Of a DNA stretch of 57,175 bases, positions 49,217 to 57,175 are shown in pieces. The stretch is taken from the NCBI GenBank assembly GCA_030654225.1, contig JAURXY010000017.1:1-57175 (forward strand). The letters are read 5' to 3'. Within the stretch, counting starts at the first letter, position 1, and every line of letters begins with the position of its first letter. The position numbers and the translations under genes are program-made. The notes below the pieces were generated by a model. That model searched no databases. It saw only the letters and a program-made list of their open reading frames with translations, and was not told the DNA's origin. Source of the stretch: a bacterium. GTDB lineage: Bacteria > Patescibacteriota > Minisyncoccia > Moranbacterales > UBA2206.

Positions 49217-50191
49217 CTAAGTTAATTCAAAACTACGGGAGAGACGGCACCCAAGGTTGCCATCGGAATGGCCGAGACCATACGCAGACACATCGAGCCG
49301 GCGAGCATCCGGATACCAGTGAGCAACGACGACCCGAGAAGCAGAGCACGATTTCGGAAGCCAAGTCCATCCGTTTTCATCTAAATGTTTTTGCTGATTG
49401 TTTTTTTCAAAATATTGCCGTTGGAAAATAAGATATTCATTGAGAGAAAGTCCTTCAGCTTGGATTTTTTTAGTTTGGTTATTGATTCGAGTTTCAAAAT
49501 TAATTGGGATCGGCTGGTTTGTTCGAATTTTTTCTTGGATTTCATCTTCAATTAAGTTGGAAAGTTGCATAATGTTTTTTCCAAGAGTTTGTTTGGCAAA
49601 AAAGTTAGCGTCTGGATTTTCATAAATATTTTGATCGGAATGTGTGAGAATGATTTTGGTTTTTCGGCTTTCGGTTGTGGCTCCGGCGAAACCTCCGCCT
49701 GTTTTGAAATCATTTGATTGATAAGTAGCGGTCGTATTTGGCATTGATTCAATCAGTGTCTGATTGAGGTTTTCCGTTATTGGCAAGTTTTCTGGAATAA
49801 TGAGAATTTGGTCATAACCATACATTGCCATTTCTTTTTGGATTTCAAACTTGTGAAGTCTCAAAATTTGCTTGACTTCTTGTTCGTTGAAACTTAACTT
49901 ATGTTCTTTATAGAAAGCTTTCTGCCATTGGATTTCTTTTTCCAAATCAATTTCAATATCCTTATCTTTGTTTTCAGTTTTGGTTGTTTCGGGATTGCTG
50001 AATTTTGCAATGATCTTTTTGGGAGTGATTTTTTCTTTGAGAGTCTGAAGCTTTTCTTCAATTTCTTGTTTCAATTCTTTGGTTTTTTCGAGATTGCCGG
50101 ATTTGATGGATTTCTCCAATTCCAACTCAAACTCTTGTTGGAGTTTTTCGAGTTCTTTGTATTCAGTTTTGAGGATGAGGCATCCGGACAT
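49217..50191 (-). CDS. DGR target protein 2 (paralog of target 1)
   Basis: contains VR2; start moved to MSGCLILK by alignment to MSECQLLK. Confidence 0.9.
   Translation of the reverse strand: MSGCLILKTEYKELEKLQQEFELELEKSIKSGNLEKTKELKQEIEEKLQTLKEKITPKKIIAKFSNPETTKTENKDKDIEIDLEKEIQWQKAFYKEHKLSFNEQEVKQILRLHKFEIQKEMAMYGYDQILIIPENLPITENLNQTLIESMPNTTATYQSNDFKTGGGFAGATTESRKTKIILTHSDQNIYENPDANFFAKQTLGKNIMQLSNLIEDEIQEKIRTNQPIPINFETRINNQTKKIQAEGLSLNEYLIFQRQYFEKNNQQKHLDENGWTWLPKSCSASRVVVAHWYPDARRLDVSAYGLGHSDGNLGCRLSRSFELT
49229..49349 (-). repeat. DGR variable repeat VR2
   Basis: 121 bp, ungapped match to TR; 15 mismatches, all at TR adenines. Confidence 0.97.
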
Positions 50192-50195
50192 AAGA

Positions 50196-50276
50196 TTATT
50201 TCTCCAAACTAAATTCAATCAAGGATTTTTTGATGACTTCGTCATCTACTTCAAATCCTGGCAGATATTCAACTTT
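50196..50276 (-). pseudogene. Probable C-terminal remnant of an AbiEii-like nucleotidyltransferase
   Basis: start-less frame KVEYLPGFEVDDEVIKKSLIEFSLEK* right after the 87-aa antitoxin-like gene; family match is from recollection. Confidence 0.45.
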
Positions 50277-50289
50277 TTAGTTATATTTT

Positions 50290-50553
50290 TTAGGCGTATT
50301 TATCAAAATATAATGTGAAGTAATGGCTGGTTCTTTTACTATAATTATGTCTGCCAATTTTCGGCAGTTTGGATTTTTCGCGAAAAATTCGGGCCACTTC
50401 TTTGATGCCCATAATTTTGATGAGGGTTTGCACATCATCCCAATCGCCATAATTCAAAGTCGCCTCCACGATTGATTCTGGCTTGAGACTGTCATAATCC
50501 TTCACCCACCAAATCAAATCTTTTCTTTTTTTGATAAAATCATGAATTGTCAT
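50290..50553 (-). CDS. Small DUF6922-like protein (putative antitoxin partner of AbiEii-like toxins)
   Basis: LIWWVKD...IVEATLNYGDWDD pattern. Confidence 0.6.
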   Translation of the reverse strand: MTIHDFIKKRKDLIWWVKDYDSLKPESIVEATLNYGDWDDVQTLIKIMGIKEVARIFREKSKLPKIGRHNYSKRTSHYFTLYFDKYA

Positions 50554-50595
50554 ATGCTTTTATTTTAGCATAAAATAGCCAAAAAATCAACTTTT

Positions 50596-51555
50596 TCACT
50601 GCTTCAACTTCAACATTTTATACGCACTATTAGCAGAAATTGCGCCCTCAGAACTTGCCGTGAGGATTTGGCGAAATTTGCTGGATCCCGTAGTGATATC
50701 TCCCGCAGCAAAAACTCCCGGCACATTGGTGCTCATATCTTCTTTTACTTTTATATAATTTTTTTCATCCGTCATCACGCCAATTTTTTGCGCCAGTTCT
50801 ACTCCTGGCTCAGTGCCCACTTCAATGAACACGCCGTCCACTTCCAAATTATTTTTGTCATTATAGGCTTTATCCAAAACTACTTTCTCTACTTTGTTTT
50901 CACCCTCGGGACGTGAATCCGCAGGATTTTTACGTCCTTTAATCTCAATCACTCCCGTGCCCTTGACCAATTCTATTTTGGAATTTTGCACAATCTTTTC
51001 CAGCCACGCCGGCTCAGCTGACATTTTTTCTTCTTTAGTGATAAGATATACTTTTTTCGCAAAATCAGTAAGCTCCAAAGCCACTACTGCCGCGCTGTTT
51101 CCTCCGCCAATGACACATACGGTTTTTTCACGAAAAAACATCGCGTCACAAGTGGCACAATAGGAAACGCCACGTCCAGTAAATTCTTTTTCTCCGGGAA
51201 TATTCATTTTGCGGTAGTGCGCGCCCATAGCCAGAATGATTGCTCGAGTTTTATAAACATTTTTTGCGCAATTTATCTCAAAAGTTCCGTCCTCTAATTT
51301 GGAAATTCCAGCCACCGATTCTCTGTTTATTTTTGCGCCAAAACCCTCAACATGTTCCACAAATTTAGAAATTAAATCAGCCCCAGAAATTTTTTTCTCT
51401 CCCGGCCAATTCTCCAAATCATAAATTTCATTCATTTGCCCTCCTTGTTCTACGCCAAAAACAAGATGCTCCAGTTTATATCGTGAAGCATAAATTGAAG
51501 CACTGAGGCCGGCTGGGCCGGCGCCAATAATTATAAGATCGTAAATATTATCCAT
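50596..51555 (-). CDS. trxB: Thioredoxin reductase
   Basis: IIGAGPAG, CATCD, GGGNSA, FAAGD; next to trxA. Confidence 0.95.
   Translation of the reverse strand: MDNIYDLIIIGAGPAGLSASIYASRYKLEHLVFGVEQGGQMNEIYDLENWPGEKKISGADLISKFVEHVEGFGAKINRESVAGISKLEDGTFEINCAKNVYKTRAIILAMGAHYRKMNIPGEKEFTGRGVSYCATCDAMFFREKTVCVIGGGNSAAVVALELTDFAKKVYLITKEEKMSAEPAWLEKIVQNSKIELVKGTGVIEIKGRKNPADSRPEGENKVEKVVLDKAYNDKNNLEVDGVFIEVGTEPGVELAQKIGVMTDEKNYIKVKEDMSTNVPGVFAAGDITTGSSKFRQILTASSEGAISANSAYKMLKLKQ
50909..50937. repeat. Imperfect palindrome, in frame in trxB
   Basis: ggacgtgaatcc-gca-ggatttttacgtcc; extra RKNPADSRPEG within EIKG...ENKV. Confidence 0.55.
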
Positions 51556-51636
51556 ATGCCAAAGAACAATGAACAATGAACAGTAAAATAATAAAAAATA
51601 TTATTGATCGTTGTTCCTTGATCATTGATTATTGTT

Positions 51637-51951
51637 TTAAACTTTTTCTAATTCCTCCTTCAAAGCTTCCTTTGATTGCACACCCACTAGTTGTTTGACC
51701 ATTTTGCCACCCTTGAAAATCATAATGGTTGGGATAGACATAATGGAAAATGTTTGCGCCACTTGCGAATTTTCATCCACATTCAATTTTCCAATTTTAG
51801 CTTTGCCCTCCATTTCTTTAGCTAATTCTTCCACGATTGGTCCCATCATTTGACATGGCCCACACCACGGTGCCCAAAAATCAACCAGTGTCGGCATTTC
51901 ACTTTTCAACACTTCTTGATCAAAATTTTGATCGGTAAAGACTATTTCCAT
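51637..51951 (-). CDS. trxA: Thioredoxin
   Basis: WCGPC. Confidence 0.97.
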   Translation of the reverse strand: MEIVFTDQNFDQEVLKSEMPTLVDFWAPWCGPCQMMGPIVEELAKEMEGKAKIGKLNVDENSQVAQTFSIMSIPTIMIFKGGKMVKQLVGVQSKEALKEELEKV

Positions 51952-52008
51952 AGTTTTTATTTATTTTAAAAATTACAAAGATACTACACTAAAGTATAAA
52001 ATAAATTT

Positions 52009-52722
52009 CTATTCCCCAAATCTCCTGCCTCTTTTTGCATATTCTTCCAAAGCTTCTTCAAATTTTTCTTCATTAAAATCAGGAAAATTTTCCGTGGAAA
52101 AATAAAGTTGCGAATCGGCACTATCCCACATCATAAATCCATTGGAATTATGCGGTTCTCCACCCGTTCGAATCATAAAGTCCACCGGCGGAAATTCAGC
52201 TGTCATCAAATTAGCTTTCAAAATTTCTGGGGTAATTTTTGTGCCTTTTTCTGACTTTGCGATAATTTTTTCAATAGCTTGCAACATATCATCCGTGCCA
52301 GAATAAGCCAGCATAAAATTCAACATTCTTTTTTTATAATGTTTGGTTTTTTCAATCACTTCTTTGATTATGCTTTTCAAAGATTCTGGAAATTGTTCTT
52401 CCCATCGTCCGATAAAATTAACTCTGGCTTCATTCTCATAAATTTCTTTGCCCTCCAAGAGTCTTTTAAAATATCTTTTATAAATATCTAAAAGAGCTTT
52501 TTTTTCCGCAATCGGACGCTTCAAAAGATTGTCCATTGAAGAACCCCAAAGAGAAAGACAGCTTATTTCTTTCTTAAGTGCAAATTGCGTCAATTTTTCC
52601 AAATTTATCGCTCCCGCCTCATGTCCCTCCCAAGGCTTGAGACCCTTAGCTCTAGCCCAACGCCGATTGCCATCAGGGATTATAGCCACGTGACGCGGAA
52701 TGAATTTCGAATTGTTTTCCAT
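52009..52722 (-). CDS. uppS: Undecaprenyl diphosphate synthase
   Basis: HVAIIPDGNRRWA, IRTGGE, RRFG. Confidence 0.93.
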   Translation of the reverse strand: MENNSKFIPRHVAIIPDGNRRWARAKGLKPWEGHEAGAINLEKLTQFALKKEISCLSLWGSSMDNLLKRPIAEKKALLDIYKRYFKRLLEGKEIYENEARVNFIGRWEEQFPESLKSIIKEVIEKTKHYKKRMLNFMLAYSGTDDMLQAIEKIIAKSEKGTKITPEILKANLMTAEFPPVDFMIRTGGEPHNSNGFMMWDSADSQLYFSTENFPDFNEEKFEEALEEYAKRGRRFGE

Positions 52723-52754
52723 AATTAAAATAATAGCTTAAAAAAATTATAAAA

Positions 52755-53834
52755 TCAAACTTCTCTTTTGATAATATATTCAGCCAATCCTTCCATAAAA
52801 AACTTGGCTTCCTGATTTTTAAATTCAATTTTTTTGAGCGCCTCGAGTGACTGCACCACAAAATTTTGGGCTAAATTTTGACTATATTCCAATGAGCCAG
52901 TTTCTTTGATGATTTGTCTAAATTCTTCCAGTTCATTTTTGGTCAAATCTTTTTTGCCTAAATATTTTTCCAAAATTGTTTTTTGCTTTTCATTTCCTTT
53001 TTCCAAGGCCTTTAGCAAAAGCAATGTTTGTTTTCCTTCAGACACATCTGATCCAACTGGCTTGCCAGTTTTCTTTTCGTCACCAAAAATTCCCAGGATG
53101 TCATCTCTGATTTGAAAAGCTTTTCCCAACGGCAAAGAATAGGCACTGAAGGCATCCAGACTTTTTTCATTTGAATTACCGCTCAAAATACTGCCGAAAT
53201 GAAGAGGTCCTTCAAAAGTATAGCGTGATGTTTTTCCTTCAAACATATGAAGAATTTCTTTTTCATTAGTTCGTCCACGATTTTCCATCACTACATCCAG
53301 CATTTCTCCGGCGCAAGTGATATACACAATGTTTTGCATCTTGTCCAGCGCTTTAATAATTATTTCTGGAGAAAATTTTGAGTTAAAAATTATTTCATTA
53401 GCCATCGCATAAGCAATGTCACCCGTGATAATCGCCATTGAATTTCCAAAATGCGCACTGTCTTCCTTGGACTTGGAAATTATCCTTTGTCCGATTTTTT
53501 TGTATTTTTCGTGTACTGTGGTGATGCCATGTCTTTTTTCATCGCGGTCGATAATGTCATCGTGAATCAAAAGAAAACTGTGAATTATCTCCAAACTCAT
53601 AGAAACTTCCAAAATTCTTTCGTTGTCTTGCCCACCACTAGCCAAATAGCCAAAATAGACCAACGCCGGTCGAATTCTTTTTCCGCCCGCCAGCGTAAAA
53701 TCCGCAATCATCTTGATCGCTTGACTCGCCAAAAAATCAACCTCCTTGGCTTTTTCAATTTTTTGATCAAAATATTTTTCCAAACAGGGATCAAATCGTC
53801 CCTTATACTTTTTCAAAATTTCAATTGCGTCCAT
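52755..53834 (-). CDS. Polyprenyl diphosphate synthase
   Basis: GGKRIRP, LIHDDIID, AFQIRDD, GKPVGSD. Confidence 0.93.
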   Translation of the reverse strand: MDAIEILKKYKGRFDPCLEKYFDQKIEKAKEVDFLASQAIKMIADFTLAGGKRIRPALVYFGYLASGGQDNERILEVSMSLEIIHSFLLIHDDIIDRDEKRHGITTVHEKYKKIGQRIISKSKEDSAHFGNSMAIITGDIAYAMANEIIFNSKFSPEIIIKALDKMQNIVYITCAGEMLDVVMENRGRTNEKEILHMFEGKTSRYTFEGPLHFGSILSGNSNEKSLDAFSAYSLPLGKAFQIRDDILGIFGDEKKTGKPVGSDVSEGKQTLLLLKALEKGNEKQKTILEKYLGKKDLTKNELEEFRQIIKETGSLEYSQNLAQNFVVQSLEALKKIEFKNQEAKFFMEGLAEYIIKREV

Positions 53835-53900
53835 AACAATATTTTTATTCAAATAACAACTAAAATAAGCCTATCAAAAAATAGCATCTTTAGCAAGAAA

Positions 53901-53939
53901 AAAAATCAGGCGCTTTCATAAAGATAACGCCCGATTTTT
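53901..53939. terminator. Intrinsic terminator after groL
   Basis: aaaaatcaggcg...cgcccgattttt. Confidence 0.5.
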
Positions 53940-53951
53940 ATTAAGCTTTTT

Positions 53952-55710
<1,759 letters not shown>

Positions 55711-55720
55711 GATTATTTAA

Positions 55721-56011
55721 TTATTCTAATATCCCCAAAATATCTCCTTCGCTAATCAACAAATATTTTTCTTCATCAATTTTTATCTCATCTGGAGAAT
55801 ATTTTTTGAACATTACTTTGTCGCCAACTTTCACACCCATTGGTTTTAATTGTCCATTATCCATAATTTTCCCCGGACCCACTGCCAACACTTCTCCCTT
55901 TTCCGGTTTTTCCTTATTAGCATTGTCAGGTAAAAAAATTCCTGACGCAGTAGTTTCTTCCGCGCTCATTGGCTTCACGACTACATTGTCATGCAACGGT
56001 TTCAATTTCAT
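55721..56011 (-). CDS. groS: Co-chaperonin GroES
   Basis: LKPLHD, TASGI, AVGPG, VKVGD. Confidence 0.98.
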   Translation of the reverse strand: MKLKPLHDNVVVKPMSAEETTASGIFLPDNANKEKPEKGEVLAVGPGKIMDNGQLKPMGVKVGDKVMFKKYSPDEIKIDEEKYLLISEGDILGILE

Positions 56012-56033
56012 ATTTTTAAAAAATTAATAATTA

Positions 56034-56060
56034 TTAGCACTCGCATCATTCGACTGCTAA
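56034..56060. promoter_or_regulatory. CIRCE element (HrcA operator)
   Basis: TTAGCACTC-N9-GACTGCTAA, one mismatch to consensus, upstream of groS. Confidence 0.92.
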
Positions 56061-56065
56061 TTTAT

Positions 56066-56093
56066 ATTGTATAGAAAAATTGGAGAGTGTCAA
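56066..56093 (-). promoter_or_regulatory. groESL sigma70 promoter
   Basis: TTGACA-N16-TACAAT just upstream of CIRCE. Confidence 0.6.
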
Positions 56094-56105
56094 GGCACTT
56101 TAAAT

Positions 56106-56987
56106 TTAATGATTTTTATAATATTTTATATAATTATCTTTAAATGGATAATTATCCCACAAGAAATTAATGTTTTCTTGTAATATATTACCAACTATTT
56201 TTGCATGATTTTTGTCATTAAAGCTAGGTACTCCGACAACATTACCGTCCGGAAGAATTAACACGCATTGCCCTTCGAGAGACCAATCTATTACATTCAT
56301 ACCTAAATTCCACGATTCTCTTTGGGCAATATTAGATATCTTATCAAAACTATTTTTTATATTTATGAATGGTTCGTATTCTTTGTCATATATAGGGTGA
56401 GCTCGTCCTCTGGAAATTAATGAGAAAAAATAAAGTTTTTCAACCTTATGTTTCTCGCATATTTTAGCAATATCAAGCATTGTAGAATAATTTTTAACAA
56501 ATATAGACGCAACTACTGAGACTGGCACGCCTAATTTTGTTGCTATATTAATACTTTCCACTACTCTTTTAAAGCCATCTTTATTTTGAACGATTTCATT
56601 GTGAATGTTTTCCGTCCCATGTAAACTAAATCTTATATTATCAATATATGGTTTTATTTCTATTAATTTTTCCTCATTAAGAATAAATCCATTCGTTGAA
56701 AGAGTGACAAGCATTTTTTTATTATGAGCATACTGCATTATTTCAACAATATCATTCCTGAGCAAAGGCTCCCCTCCCGTAATGCAAATTTTATTTAAAC
56801 CTCCTCCTGATAGTTTATCAATTATTTTTTTTATCACATCCAAAGACAATTCTTGTATTTTTTCAGACTCACAACAGTGCACACAGTGCAAATTGCAATT
56901 GCGAGTGACTCGCAATGCAATGTTTATAAAAGAATTGACTTTTTTTTCAGAAAATTTATAGGAATCTTTTTTAATATTATATTTCAT
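56106..56987 (-). CDS. Radical SAM protein of unknown specificity
   Basis: CNLHCVHC, ITGGEPLLR, STNG; no Cys-rich SPASM tail; start moved to MKYNI. Confidence 0.85.
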   Translation of the reverse strand: MKYNIKKDSYKFSEKKVNSFINIALRVTRNCNLHCVHCCESEKIQELSLDVIKKIIDKLSGGGLNKICITGGEPLLRNDIVEIMQYAHNKKMLVTLSTNGFILNEEKLIEIKPYIDNIRFSLHGTENIHNEIVQNKDGFKRVVESINIATKLGVPVSVVASIFVKNYSTMLDIAKICEKHKVEKLYFFSLISRGRAHPIYDKEYEPFINIKNSFDKISNIAQRESWNLGMNVIDWSLEGQCVLILPDGNVVGVPSFNDKNHAKIVGNILQENINFLWDNYPFKDNYIKYYKNH

Positions 56988-57175
56988 CTTTTTTCCCTTA
57001 AATAAAGCGTTTTTTAGAGTTATCCACCAGCCCGCAGTATATTCCAATCCTAAGATAAGACTGAACGAGGGTCATTTTCAAAAATGGACTCACTGAGTTA
57101 ATTTGTTAATTTATGACTAATTTTTTTAAATAATTTATCCTTGGCATCCATCATCTTTTTACCAAAACTGTTATC

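Noticed and set aside
44359-49349. Three 121-bp repeats as CRISPR or simple duplication
   Set aside because: No repeat-spacer periodicity or cas genes; mismatches are strictly adenine-specific.
42331-50553. DGR island as a prophage
   Set aside because: No integrase, terminase, capsid or tail genes, and no att-like repeats noticed; flanks are housekeeping genes.
57098-57175. Possible 3' end of a minus-strand gene at the window edge
   Set aside because: Only 25 codons visible; cannot be supported.

Overview
AT-rich bacterial chromosome segment, almost all genes on the minus strand, standard genetic code (TGA is used as stop). Gene content and protein style point to a Patescibacteria/CPR (Parcubacteria-like) genome; this is inferred, as no rRNA is present. 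The backbone is housekeeping: gpmI-eno-pgk, mraY, scpAB/smc, rnc-nusB-rpmF, split comEC, nrdR-nrdD-nrdG, ftsA/ftsZ, hisS, lepB, pth, rarA, mltG, trxAB, uppS, groESL with a CIRCE. The main finding is an ~8 kb island (42331-50553) carrying a complete diversity-generating retroelement: RT, Avd, a 121-bp template repeat and two variable repeats. All 17 and 15 TR/VR mismatches fall at TR adenines. The DGR is interleaved with a MoxR-type AAA+ ATPase and a HExxH/vWA protein, and avd is inverted between TR and RT. Other notable items: a stand-alone copy of the NrdD glycyl-radical domain; frame-preserving, sometimes nested palindromic insertions in six conserved genes; a RAYT cassette splitting ftsA from ftsZ; a promoter-driven structured ncRNA candidate next to rarA; and two large Cys-rich secreted proteins. 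Alignments and counts were done by eye; no database searches were run.
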